Shown one piece after another: positions 27,409-36,785 of a stretch of 64,000 bases of DNA (position 1 is its first letter; each line of letters opens with the position of its first letter). Under the pieces are notes generated by a model. It saw nothing but the letters and a program-made list of their open reading frames with translations. It ran no database searches and had not been told where the DNA came from. The translations under genes and the position numbers were made by a program. The stretch lies in IMG/VR virus record IMGVR_UViG_3300049215_000771, positions 62,001-126,000 of that record, one strand, 5' to 3'.

Positions 27409-27492
27409 GGGACCGTAGCTCAATGGTAGAGCAGGGGATTTGAATTGTGTCTCATAATCCCTTGGTTGCTGGTTCGAGTCCAGCCGGTCCCA
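27409..27492 (+). tRNA. tRNA(CAU), Ile2-like, with 12-nt insertion in the anticodon arm
   Basis: Acceptor GGGACCG/CGGTCCC, D stem GCTC/GAGC, T arm GCTGG-TTCGAGT-CCAGC; anticodon stem GGGGA/TCCCT encloses 19 nt instead of 7 (extra TTTGAATTGTGT, 27439-27450) before CTCATAA. Confidence 0.8.
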
Positions 27493-27503
27493 CAGGAGAT
27501 ACC

Positions 27504-27713
27504 ATGAAGAAATTCTTCAAGTGGTATTGGGAACATATCAAGTCCGCCTATAGCTTCGGCGGCTATCCCCACCCATTGAATTGCCAGGGGAAAGAATTCT
27601 GGCGTGCCGAGTGGCGACATACCAAGTCCCTTTTTATCGTCGCCATGTTGCCGCAAGCCATTTTGTTCGGCTTGCTGGCGCTGGCGATCTTGGGGTGTCT
27701 GATCTTCCAATGA
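27504..27713 (+). CDS. small membrane protein
   Basis: AGGAG RBS; C-terminal TM helix. Confidence 0.55.
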   Translation: MKKFFKWYWEHIKSAYSFGGYPHPLNCQGKEFWRAEWRHTKSLFIVAMLPQAILFGLLALAILGCLIFQ

Positions 27714-28201
27714 ACCTCGAAGTTGTTCTGAAAGAAGTCTGCGGCGGCAACCTTGATGATTTTGGACGGTTGCTTCGTCGTGAGTTTCAATACAGGCATC
27801 CGACACTGGAGAAACACATGCGACCATTGGTTATCGACAACGACGCCAAGGCTAAAATCGCCGAAGTCATCGCCTACGCCGAGAATCACAAATACAACAA
27901 AGATTACATGGCGTTGCGCATGACAGGGAAGGCTGGCGTGCCTGGCGATATGGACTCCTACATCTGCTACCTCCAGGTTGGATACAAGTGCGTCTACACC
28001 ATCGAGGAGCAACCCGAACCGCTGGGCTGGTGTCATCACCTGTCAGTTTCGGTGGACAACCCGGCGAGAGTTCCCAGCATTCCTGCGGTCGAGTTGTTGA
28101 TGCAGGAATTCGGCATCACTCGCAAGCTGAAGGAAGAAGGGGTTCATGTGTGGATCGAGGATGTTACTCCGAAGGCGGTGAATATATTGGCGAAAATATG
28201 A
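27710..28201 (+). CDS. hypothetical protein
   Basis: ATGA overlap; WCHHLSVSV motif. Confidence 0.6.
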   Translation: MNLEVVLKEVCGGNLDDFGRLLRREFQYRHPTLEKHMRPLVIDNDAKAKIAEVIAYAENHKYNKDYMALRMTGKAGVPGDMDSYICYLQVGYKCVYTIEEQPEPLGWCHHLSVSVDNPARVPSIPAVELLMQEFGITRKLKEEGVHVWIEDVTPKAVNILAKI

Positions 28202-28259
28202 AGTCGATATTGAGTGAGCCAATATCCTGGCGTATAATCGTTCCACGGAGGGAAGAAAT

Positions 28260-29228
28260 ATGCGCATCACACAACGTATCCCCAGCCCTACAGAACAACG
28301 TGCCCGGAAAATACTCGAACGTCCTTTCCGGTTCATTTTCAATGCGGATTTCGATAACCCGAAGAAACGGAAGGAAATCCTTGGCGAGATGCCAGATATT
28401 GAAAAGTTCAACGAACAAAGAAAGAAGGTGGTTCAGCTTCGCAACGGAGACAAGATTGCCCCGGAAATGCGTCCATGCTACGAGGAACCATTGCTCACAC
28501 GAGAACAGGAGTACCATCTTTTCAGGAAGATGAATTACTTCAAGTATCGGGCCAAGAAGTTGATGGCGGACCTGAATCCGAGACGATGCAGCGATAAGCG
28601 CCTTGATAAAATCGAGTCGCTGCTGGAGGAAGCCAACAAGATCAGGAACCAGATCGGCAACTCCAACTTCCGGCTCGCTACCCAACTGCTCCGCAAGCAG
28701 TCCAGTTTCTACAGGGAACACAGTTTGACGGACGGCCTCCTGAGTGATGCCTACTTTGATGTGTTGAAGGCTATTGACTACTTCAACTTCAACCTGGGCA
28801 ACAAGTTCTCGACGTATTGCACCTGGGTACTGCGGAAGAATTTCAGCAGGGATTTGAAAAATCAGGCGAAGTATCAGGAACGCTTCACGACGGGAATGGA
28901 AGACCCGCTGAACGAAATCAAAGATGATGGTGATGGCTACAAGGAAGAAATCACTTACGAGAACAACCGCAAACTGGTTGACAAATTGTTGGAACTTCTG
29001 GCTGAAAGCGACTGCAACGGTGACGTGCAGCGCCAGGTGTATGCGATTGAGGAGTGGTTCGGACTACACGGAAAAGAACACCGCACCCTCGACGCCATCA
29101 GTCAAGATATGGACGTTACCAAAGAAAGAGTCCGACAACTCAAGGAGAAGGGGTTGCAGGTGATTCGGGAAAAAGTGAAGGAACTTGGAATCGTATTTGA
29201 GGAAGCTGATGAAGAAGAAGTGGCCTGA
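28260..29228 (+). CDS. sigma-70 family RNA polymerase sigma factor
   Basis: Region 2 SNFRL...LKAIDYFN...KFSTYCTW; region 4 RTLDAISQDMDVTKERVRQL; LFRKMNYFK. Confidence 0.88.
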   Translation: MRITQRIPSPTEQRARKILERPFRFIFNADFDNPKKRKEILGEMPDIEKFNEQRKKVVQLRNGDKIAPEMRPCYEEPLLTREQEYHLFRKMNYFKYRAKKLMADLNPRRCSDKRLDKIESLLEEANKIRNQIGNSNFRLATQLLRKQSSFYREHSLTDGLLSDAYFDVLKAIDYFNFNLGNKFSTYCTWVLRKNFSRDLKNQAKYQERFTTGMEDPLNEIKDDGDGYKEEITYENNRKLVDKLLELLAESDCNGDVQRQVYAIEEWFGLHGKEHRTLDAISQDMDVTKERVRQLKEKGLQVIREKVKELGIVFEEADEEEVA

Positions 29229-30189
29229 AGGCACGCAACTGACCGTCAATGAGAATTCTTGTGATTGGCCCAGCACCAAGGACAAGAAGGAGTGGCTGTG
29301 TTCGGCGGCATTCCCGGCACCTGACAGTGCCGGGATTCGTCCTTTGTACATCACTGGTCGGGGCCGGGTAAAATCTACCTGGTTCGCATCCGGGTACGGA
29401 CCCACGGCCCTGGAAGCGGAAGATGCCTGTTGGGAAAATTACAACAGCATCATCAACTGCAAGCATGATCTTGAGAGGATCGCTCACGTCGATCTTCCCG
29501 ACGACCAGCCCAAGGTTTACTTGTTGGATGGTGATGCTGTTTGTAAAACGTGTCAATTGTATCTTCCTTTCTACTACATGGATGACCGGCTGCATAAGTC
29601 GATGTGCCTGGCCCATCGTGGACATGAACACCAGAAGCGGAAGTATGGCGACCGCCCTTACATCGTGCATCCCCGCCAGGTCTACACGAAAACTGCATTC
29701 TGGAAGCCGAAACGCCCGGAAGAAGAGCGCATCGTGATGGGTTGCGCCGCCTGGATGCACGACCTGAAAGAAGATTGTCAAAGCAAGGACTCCAACCCTT
29801 TCATCTCGGATGATGAGATGAGGGAAGCAGGCGGCGATCAATCGTTTCAGTTGGTGTACTGGCTCACGAACCCATCGAAAGGCGTGAAGAAGCCGAGGGC
29901 TTACCGGAAGCAGATGGATCGGGAGCATATCGCTGTTGCCCCGCACCCGGCGAAGATCATCAAGATGTTCGACCGTATCTGCAATCTGAATGATTTGTAC
30001 GAATGCAACGACATGGATTTCTTGGCTCTCTACGCCAGCGAGAGCCGGCTGTTGTGGGATGTCCTCAAGGATGCAGACGAGAAGCTGGCACGGGACATGC
30101 TCGCTGTGATCGAGCAAGTCGAGAGGAGAGCGCAAAATGGCATCAACACCAGGAGTTCGCAAGACCCACAAAATCTATCACAAGACTAA
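29209..30189 (+). CDS. HD-domain hydrolase, RelA/SpoT (Mesh1/SAH)-like, with extra N-terminal domain
   Basis: HQKRKYGDRPYIVHP, AAWMHDLKED, KMFDRICNL. Confidence 0.8.
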   Translation: MKKKWPEGTQLTVNENSCDWPSTKDKKEWLCSAAFPAPDSAGIRPLYITGRGRVKSTWFASGYGPTALEAEDACWENYNSIINCKHDLERIAHVDLPDDQPKVYLLDGDAVCKTCQLYLPFYYMDDRLHKSMCLAHRGHEHQKRKYGDRPYIVHPRQVYTKTAFWKPKRPEEERIVMGCAAWMHDLKEDCQSKDSNPFISDDEMREAGGDQSFQLVYWLTNPSKGVKKPRAYRKQMDREHIAVAPHPAKIIKMFDRICNLNDLYECNDMDFLALYASESRLLWDVLKDADEKLARDMLAVIEQVERRAQNGINTRSSQDPQNLSQD

Positions 30190-31348
30190 CCCCAACAGCT
30201 TGCCGAATCCCTACAATTGGGAACTTCGCATCAGGTTGTTGGACCAGGCCGGCGAATTTATCGAGATGGTCAGCCAGATCGCTGCATTCCGTCTCCTGAA
30301 AGGTGATGCCGCCGAACTGGTTCTTGTGAAGGAACCAACCATCCAGTTGAAGGTTCCTACTGAGGAGTGGCGACCCTTCGCTAAAGGTGCGCCTCAAAAG
30401 CACCAAGCGAAGTGGCACAACTGGTTGCACGCCCGCCGCACCATCTTGTACGGCAATTATCACATCTTGTCTCCTGAAGGCCATCTGATGTTCCATTGCA
30501 ACAATCAGAAGGCTTTGTGGTATCTCAACCGTGACCTGGTTGAGATCGTCGCCCACGATCCGCCCACCCTCCAGTTGAAGTTTATTCCTGGCGGGCCGGG
30601 GCACGTCGGCGATGACTACTACCTGACTCCGAAGATCAATCGCTGTGTGGTCTGTGGTGGTACGAACGGCCTGAATCGCCATCACGTTGTTCCGAGTTGC
30701 TACAGACGCTACATGGGATTGGACATCAAAAGCCATTCCTACCACGACGTTTTGTTGTTGTGCCTGGATTGCCACGAGTCCTACGAGGTCGAGGCCAATA
30801 GGCTGAAACATGAGATCGGGGTGGAGTACAACTGCCCGACGCATTGCATCTACGACCGACAAACAGGCGAGATGGTGTTGTACGATCATGACAACGGCAG
30901 GGCCGTTCAAGCCGCCATCGCCCTGGTCCGCAACGGAGAACGGATTCCTGAACCCCGCCGCCAGGAGTTGATGTCCCATATCTCGTCATGGCTAGGCCGA
31001 GAGGCTACCCACGATGACGTGCTGGAAATTTCCAAGCGGGGGCATCGCCACAGGAAGATGGAAGGCTGCTACGACCACGGTGAATACATCGTCCGCCAGA
31101 TGAAAAATCTGGCAGATGTACAAAAATTCATCGAGCGATGGCGACATCACTTCCTGGCGGTGATGCAGCCCAAGTACCTGCCGGCGAATTGGGACGTGGA
31201 GAAGGCAATTCTGCCGGAAGATTACGAACCTATCGGCGGTTCGCTGAGTCTTCACCATGAGCGGAGCCGAGAGTACGAGGGTCCGAAGCGTCCTTATTGG
31301 AGGAATCCTGATGGGGATGGTCAAACACTACCTGATGGAATACTGTGA
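30137..31348 (+). CDS. HNH-like protein resembling the C-terminal domain of eukaryotic EXD2
   Basis: LYGNY.ILSPEG...KALWYL...YYL...CVVCG...HHVVP.CYRR...SHSYHDVLLLCLDCH; RWRHHFL..MQPKYLP. Confidence 0.7.
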   Translation: MASTPGVRKTHKIYHKTNPNSLPNPYNWELRIRLLDQAGEFIEMVSQIAAFRLLKGDAAELVLVKEPTIQLKVPTEEWRPFAKGAPQKHQAKWHNWLHARRTILYGNYHILSPEGHLMFHCNNQKALWYLNRDLVEIVAHDPPTLQLKFIPGGPGHVGDDYYLTPKINRCVVCGGTNGLNRHHVVPSCYRRYMGLDIKSHSYHDVLLLCLDCHESYEVEANRLKHEIGVEYNCPTHCIYDRQTGEMVLYDHDNGRAVQAAIALVRNGERIPEPRRQELMSHISSWLGREATHDDVLEISKRGHRHRKMEGCYDHGEYIVRQMKNLADVQKFIERWRHHFLAVMQPKYLPANWDVEKAILPEDYEPIGGSLSLHHERSREYEGPKRPYWRNPDGDGQTLPDGIL

Positions 31349-31526
31349 GGCGACCTGTCCCGGCGACTACGACGCCCAGGATGAGTTGTTCGAGCAGATC
31401 GTCAGCGGCGAGGTCAAGGTGTCGCTGGAGGAAATGAAGGTGGTGGTTGACCGTTACAGGGGGAGGGATCATGTACAAGAAATACCCAAGAACCCTCCAC
31501 CTTCCGTGGAGTCCGGGCCGCAGTGA
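31311..31526 (+). CDS. small acidic hypothetical protein
   Basis: GGAGGA RBS. Confidence 0.5.
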   Translation: MGMVKHYLMEYCEATCPGDYDAQDELFEQIVSGEVKVSLEEMKVVVDRYRGRDHVQEIPKNPPPSVESGPQ

Positions 31527-32109
31527 CGACGACAAGGTTCTCGACGGAGTTGAACACTTCGTCGGGAAGGAAATCATCGTTACTGAGAAGCTGGATGGGG
31601 AAAACACCACCATGTACCGGGATCATATTCACGCCCGGTCGATTGATTCCAAGCATCACCCTTCCCGGACCTGGGTGAAAGCCGAGCATGGTCGTATTCA
31701 ATCCGACATTCCAGAAGGATGGCGGATTTGTGGCGAGAACGTGTACGCCAAGCATTCGATTCATTATCGAGGCTTGACGGCGTACTTCTATGTTTTCGGC
31801 ATCTACAACGACCAAGACCTGTGCTTGTCGTGGAACGACACGGAGGAATACGCCACCCTTCTCGGCCTGCAAATGGCCCCGGTTTTATACCGTGGCTCGT
31901 GGGACGAGAAGGAAGTGAGGGATTGTTGGACGGGCGAATCTTGCTACGACGCAGAACAGGAAGGCTACGTTGTTCGTTTGGCGAGTTCCTTCAAATACGA
32001 GGACTTTGCCATCTCCGCAGCGAAATTCGTCAGGGCGCATCATGTCCAGACCGACGAGTTCTGGATGTCGCAACCTGTGGTTCCCAACCTGCTCGCCCCG
32101 ATGGAGTAA
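31471..32109 (+). CDS. RNA ligase family protein
   Basis: KYPRTLHLPWS, TEKLDGEN, ICGENV, EGYVVR, AKFVR. Confidence 0.85.
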   Translation: MYKKYPRTLHLPWSPGRSDDDKVLDGVEHFVGKEIIVTEKLDGENTTMYRDHIHARSIDSKHHPSRTWVKAEHGRIQSDIPEGWRICGENVYAKHSIHYRGLTAYFYVFGIYNDQDLCLSWNDTEEYATLLGLQMAPVLYRGSWDEKEVRDCWTGESCYDAEQEGYVVRLASSFKYEDFAISAAKFVRAHHVQTDEFWMSQPVVPNLLAPME

Positions 32110-32115
32110 CCCATC

Positions 32116-32610
32116 ATGCCAATGCAACAACTGAGGGATTACGTTCGCTCCCACACTGACCGCACCGCTTGTAGGTGTGGTCAGTGTATCACTTCCGGCC
32201 CCGACCATCTGCCCGGCGACGATAATGAGTGGTCGGTGGGTGCTTTCCGTCCCCATACCGCCGACATGGTGTTCTTTGAAGTGTCGGCAACCAACAATCC
32301 CGATCCCGACACTCTTCGGCGTCTTCTTCAGGAGAACGTCCAGGGTGAGTTTGGCGATCTCAACATGCTCGACAACCAGGAACATTCCTACATCGAAGTC
32401 GGCGGCTGGATCGGCGATCAGGGGCTTGCTATGCAGTTGATGGGCCTGGGCTGGCTCCTGGGCCTGTGGCAGTGCATGACCCCCAAGTTGATCGGGCTGG
32501 ATGGCGATCTGGCGATGCAAATGGCCGGCGCAGGCTATGTTTCGCTTGTTCCGCACCCGCCCGGCCAGGAAATTCGTTATCACCCGATTGGGACTTTACA
32601 ACCCAAGTGA
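32116..32610 (+). CDS. hypothetical protein
   Basis: 164-aa ORF; HSYIEVGGWIGDQGLA. Confidence 0.6.
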   Translation: MPMQQLRDYVRSHTDRTACRCGQCITSGPDHLPGDDNEWSVGAFRPHTADMVFFEVSATNNPDPDTLRRLLQENVQGEFGDLNMLDNQEHSYIEVGGWIGDQGLAMQLMGLGWLLGLWQCMTPKLIGLDGDLAMQMAGAGYVSLVPHPPGQEIRYHPIGTLQPK

Positions 32611-32623
32611 GTTGGGGTATTAT
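32595..32623 (+). promoter_or_regulatory. sigma70-type promoter
   Basis: TTTACA-17-TATTAT. Confidence 0.7.
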
Positions 32624-32630
32624 TCCACGC

Positions 32631-32888
32631 ATGAGCAAGGTGATCGACAGTTTGTTCAACCATCACGCCGACCATCGCCCCGTCATGTTTTGGGAGTTGG
32701 ATGGTGTGATGGTGCTGGTGTTGGTGGTTCTGGCGGGATATTTCCTTCTGGAACACTGGCAGTTCATCACCTTGCAGCGGCGCAATAAGCTGGTGCTGTG
32801 GACGATCTTCGTGTACGGCATTTACATCCTGGTTCTGCTGCTTACGCTCGGCAGCCTGGTGCTGTGGGAACACTATGCCACGTCCTGA
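32631..32888 (+). CDS. small two-TM membrane protein
   Basis: Two hydrophobic segments. Confidence 0.55.
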   Translation: MSKVIDSLFNHHADHRPVMFWELDGVMVLVLVVLAGYFLLEHWQFITLQRRNKLVLWTIFVYGIYILVLLLTLGSLVLWEHYATS

Positions 32889-33300
32889 ATTTACGCCCGA
32901 CTATCTGGCGAAGCTGGAGGAACATTACCAGGAATTTCTGGACGATCCTCCTGAAGACACCAGGATCATCCCCGGCCTTCACGACAGCGAACCTTTCAAG
33001 CAGGTGTTCATGGCCGGCGACTGGCTTGCCGACCGCCTGCACGATTCCGGGGCGACGGACGATGAGATTCACAATATCACGTTCGCTCTCGGTCAGCGTT
33101 GTTTCGGTCAGTCTGACCCCTGGGAAGTTGCCAAGGCCAGTCTTCGTCGTTATTGGGAGGGGAAGGCTGACAAGCCTGGAATGAAGCTGGCGGAAGAAAT
33201 TTGTGCTGAAGTTTTTGGCGGCGACATGAAGGAACATATCGACACTCGCCAGCAACGCCGCAATGAGTTGTACGCCAAGTACAGCAAGTTTGTGGAGTGA
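32875..33300 (+). CDS. hypothetical protein
   Basis: 141-aa ORF. Confidence 0.6.
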   Translation: MPRPEFTPDYLAKLEEHYQEFLDDPPEDTRIIPGLHDSEPFKQVFMAGDWLADRLHDSGATDDEIHNITFALGQRCFGQSDPWEVAKASLRRYWEGKADKPGMKLAEEICAEVFGGDMKEHIDTRQQRRNELYAKYSKFVE

Positions 33301-33302
33301 CC

Positions 33303-33614
33303 ATGTTTTCCGCCGAAGATTTCACCGTTCAAAACTCGGAATTTCTCATCCGGCGTGGCTGGCGCATGTGGAGTCGTTCGGACTTGTTCGAGGGCAAGAT
33401 GTTGTTGCTTTGCCCGGTGGATGATTTCAAGAACATCCCCAAGGGAACCAGGATGACGCATATTTGCGGTGGACATGCGGTGAAGGGCAAAGACAAGATC
33501 ACAATGGACCACAAGGGCGGCGTGCTGGCTTACGGCATTTTGCTGGAAGACATCATTGTTCCCGACGAGAACAAGAAGTACCGAAGCATCGACGATTTTT
33601 CCGAACCTGGCTAA
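33303..33614 (+). CDS. hypothetical protein with C-terminal YRSIDD motif
   Basis: Ends ...NKKYRSIDDFSEPG; motif at 33579-33596. Confidence 0.65.
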   Translation: MFSAEDFTVQNSEFLIRRGWRMWSRSDLFEGKMLLLCPVDDFKNIPKGTRMTHICGGHAVKGKDKITMDHKGGVLAYGILLEDIIVPDENKKYRSIDDFSEPG

Positions 33615-33694
33615 TCGGCTAAAGTCCCGCCCAGCTTTGGTCGATATTACTGTAGAACGACAACGTAACTTTCAACAACGAACAGGAAACCATC

Positions 33695-35356
33695 ATGGGA
33701 CGTAAACTCGAAAAGTCCACCTACCCATCCGGCCACGGCCCGAACGATTTCCAGTGTTTCGGCCCGCCCGCCACCGAAGACGGGAATTTCGACACCTGCA
33801 AGATCGCCGACATGGGTTCCTTCTCCCAAGAGGAGAAAGATTCCAACAAGTATTATCACGCCGCCGTCGTCAAGTCGAAGATCAACGGCAACTACTACAC
33901 CTACTTCGAGTGGGGCCGGGTCGGGGCGTCCAAACCTGCTTTCCAGTTTGTCGAGTGTGGCAGCGAGGCCGACGCCCAGCGGGAATTCGCCGATCAGTGC
34001 CACGAGAAGAACGACAAGCGTGGCGTTTGGACAACCGTGGCGGGCCATCGCACGCTGACGGCCAAACCCAAGAAGGACGTGTATCTCGTCCGCCAACTCG
34101 CCACCCGTTCCACGGGTCTGCCCGATGCCAAAACCATCAAGCACACTGAGGGCGCAAAGCCGAAGCCGAAGCCCGGCAAGCCCGACGATGCCAGCGCTAC
34201 CGACAAGCCGACGAAGAAGGAAGCGAAACCAGCGGCCCCAGCCCGTCGTGCCGATCCAGTCACCAGTAAATTGCTTCAGGATTTGATCGGCGGCACGATC
34301 TCCTACACCCGTGGGAGCATGGCCGACGACTCGATTCCGACGCAAAATGCCATCGACATCGCTCGTGATGTTCTCACCGAGGCCGAGAAGCGACTGTTGA
34401 AGGTCGGCAACAGCCTCGATGACCAGATCGCCGACAAGGAACTTCGCCAGTTGTCCGGGGAACTGTACCGTCGCATCCCGAAGAAGAAGCCGGTTGGGAC
34501 GCCGGACAAGGTGTGGATTCTGTCCAGCGAGAATATCTTCTCCTGGCGGAACGACCTGGACGCCTTCGAGTCGGCGTTGTCGGCCCAGGCCGGCATTGAC
34601 GAACAGGCCGGTCAGGTTGCCGATCCCTTCCACGGCCTGCCCCTCACGATGGAATACATCGACCCGAAAACGGAACTCGGCAAGTTCCTCTACTTCTGGT
34701 GGCCGAAGGCGACGGCCAATCGCCACTACCACCTGAAAGACATGAAGATCAAGAATATGTGGAAGGTGGACCGCTTCGGCGACCCGGAGAAGGTTCGCCG
34801 CTCGCAGGACCGCATCGCCACCGAGATCGGCAAGGCGGCGCTGAAGGAACGGCCCTTGTTCCAGCCGTCCGAACGCTACGATGTTCCCGACATCAACGAG
34901 CGCAAGCTGTTCGGTCAGACCAACACGGCGCTGTTGTTTCACGGCACCCGTTCCGTCAACGTGAAGGGCATCTTGGAGAAGTCGCTGTTGCTGCCGAAGC
35001 AACTGGTCGGCGTTTCCATCAACGGGGCCATGTTTGGCCCTGGTCTGTATTGGGCCGATGACTGGAAGAAGTCGGCAGGCTACACCAGCTTGTCGGGTTC
35101 GCTCTACTCGGCGGGCTATGGCGGGGTTGCCGGTCGCCATGCCTTCATGTTCGCCGCCGATGTCGTCGTGGGGCAGCCACACGTTGCTCCTGGGCCGCAC
35201 GGTTATACCAGCCCGCCGAAGGGCCATCACTGTGTCTTCGGTATGGGCCGCAACCACACCAGCAGCCGCCAGAACAGCGGCGTGGAGAACAACGAGTGGA
35301 TCGTGTTCTCCGGTGAACAGTGCCGTCTCCGCTACCTGGCGGAATTCACGGCGTAA
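33695..35356 (+). CDS. WGR-domain poly(ADP-ribose) polymerase-like ADP-ribosyltransferase
   Basis: FEWGRVG (WGR); helical regulatory segment LSGELYRRIP; catalytic LLFHGT (H), MFGPGLYWAD (Y), NNEWIVF (E). Confidence 0.9.
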   Translation: MGRKLEKSTYPSGHGPNDFQCFGPPATEDGNFDTCKIADMGSFSQEEKDSNKYYHAAVVKSKINGNYYTYFEWGRVGASKPAFQFVECGSEADAQREFADQCHEKNDKRGVWTTVAGHRTLTAKPKKDVYLVRQLATRSTGLPDAKTIKHTEGAKPKPKPGKPDDASATDKPTKKEAKPAAPARRADPVTSKLLQDLIGGTISYTRGSMADDSIPTQNAIDIARDVLTEAEKRLLKVGNSLDDQIADKELRQLSGELYRRIPKKKPVGTPDKVWILSSENIFSWRNDLDAFESALSAQAGIDEQAGQVADPFHGLPLTMEYIDPKTELGKFLYFWWPKATANRHYHLKDMKIKNMWKVDRFGDPEKVRRSQDRIATEIGKAALKERPLFQPSERYDVPDINERKLFGQTNTALLFHGTRSVNVKGILEKSLLLPKQLVGVSINGAMFGPGLYWADDWKKSAGYTSLSGSLYSAGYGGVAGRHAFMFAADVVVGQPHVAPGPHGYTSPPKGHHCVFGMGRNHTSSRQNSGVENNEWIVFSGEQCRLRYLAEFTA

Positions 35357-35417
35357 CCATCACGATGATCTAACGGAGTGGGATGGAAAATTCCCACTCC
35401 GTTACTTGGAGGAAACC

Positions 35418-36668
35418 ATGAGAAACGAAGAACAGGCCAAGCAACTCTACATCCCGGAGAAGTTGGCAGTCGGGTTCCAGAAACGTGAAGGAACCTACAA
35501 CGGGATGCTGGCCTACGTCATCTACTACGACAAGACCGGGACGCTTCGGAAAGAAAAATCCTGGCAGTCGTGGCGTGACAAGAAGATCAAGGCGCAGGAG
35601 ATCGAGAACAAGCCCACCGAAGGCTTCGTCCTCAACAAGAAGGTCGGCGGCTACAAGTCGCACTGGAACTTCCGGGACGCCCACGTTCGGGTGTACGATC
35701 CCAGGGGTTTCGAGTTCGAGATTTCAGTCCCGAACCTGTTGTTCATCCTCCGTGAAGGGGCTTGCTCGCCCGGCAAGGGGTTGGAAGGCCAGTTCGTGTA
35801 CGCCTGGGAAGGCACCGAGTTGGTGTTGCTGCCCTGCCATTCGGTGGACTACAAGAACAGCCAGAACTTCACCGACCTTCAGGGCAAGTCGGTCGGGGCG
35901 AAGGAACTGAAGGAAGGGGTGACGTACCTCACGAAAAAGCAGGAGGAACTGACCTACCTGGGCAAGTTCGACTACCACTTCCAGTACAATATCGCCCGCA
36001 ACCACTACTACGGGATGCAGTCGTATGCTCACTACAGGGGCTATGACGTGAACGAGGAGTGGAAGCACCCGCCCAAGAAGGACCAGAAGGGCGTCGTCAA
36101 GCGCTACGTTTTCTGGAATGGCAAGGAATTCGTCTACCTGAACGATCTCAAGTCGCTCGGTACGGCCAAGGACGACGGCGTTCATCCCGACTTCGCCGAG
36201 TTGGTGGACAAGTACAACAAATCCCCGCACGGCAGCAAGGTGGTGAAACTCTTCTTGAAGGAAGTCCCCGGCAAGAAGAACCCCGACCACTGGCAGAACC
36301 AGGAAGAAGACTGGTTCTACGAGGACTCGGACGGCACGTTTGTCGAATGCCAGACCTATTACGCCTGGAACAGCGCCCGCAACAAGCGTGACGTGATCGA
36401 ATACATCCAGGCACAGGCCAAGTGGTATATCGACGAGAAGACCGGCCTGCTGACCAGGAAGGAATACAACGCCATCTGTTATTCCAAGGACGTGGAACAG
36501 AAAAACAGGCAGGAGTACAACCACAAGACCGGGCGATACGAAACCATCAAGAACACGATGGAATGGCGTGAGCCGACGAACTTCCGCCTGTTCGCCCAAA
36601 CCGAGAACGGCGGCAAGCATCGGGCTTGTGGGCCGAGCTACAAGAACGCTTTCGAGAAGGAAAAATAA
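35418..36668 (+). CDS. hypothetical phage protein
   Basis: GGAGG RBS; RVYDPRGFEFEISVPNLLFIL; strong codon bias. Confidence 0.7.
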   Translation: MRNEEQAKQLYIPEKLAVGFQKREGTYNGMLAYVIYYDKTGTLRKEKSWQSWRDKKIKAQEIENKPTEGFVLNKKVGGYKSHWNFRDAHVRVYDPRGFEFEISVPNLLFILREGACSPGKGLEGQFVYAWEGTELVLLPCHSVDYKNSQNFTDLQGKSVGAKELKEGVTYLTKKQEELTYLGKFDYHFQYNIARNHYYGMQSYAHYRGYDVNEEWKHPPKKDQKGVVKRYVFWNGKEFVYLNDLKSLGTAKDDGVHPDFAELVDKYNKSPHGSKVVKLFLKEVPGKKNPDHWQNQEEDWFYEDSDGTFVECQTYYAWNSARNKRDVIEYIQAQAKWYIDEKTGLLTRKEYNAICYSKDVEQKNRQEYNHKTGRYETIKNTMEWREPTNFRLFAQTENGGKHRACGPSYKNAFEKEK

Positions 36669-36785
36669 TGGCCCATCGTGGCTATTACGGTGGCCGAAAG
36701 TCTCGTCTGAAACATTTGACGGGCGAGACTTTCGACACCGCTGCGAAGAAAAAACCAAAACGGCATCCAAACAAGGAGAAAGATC

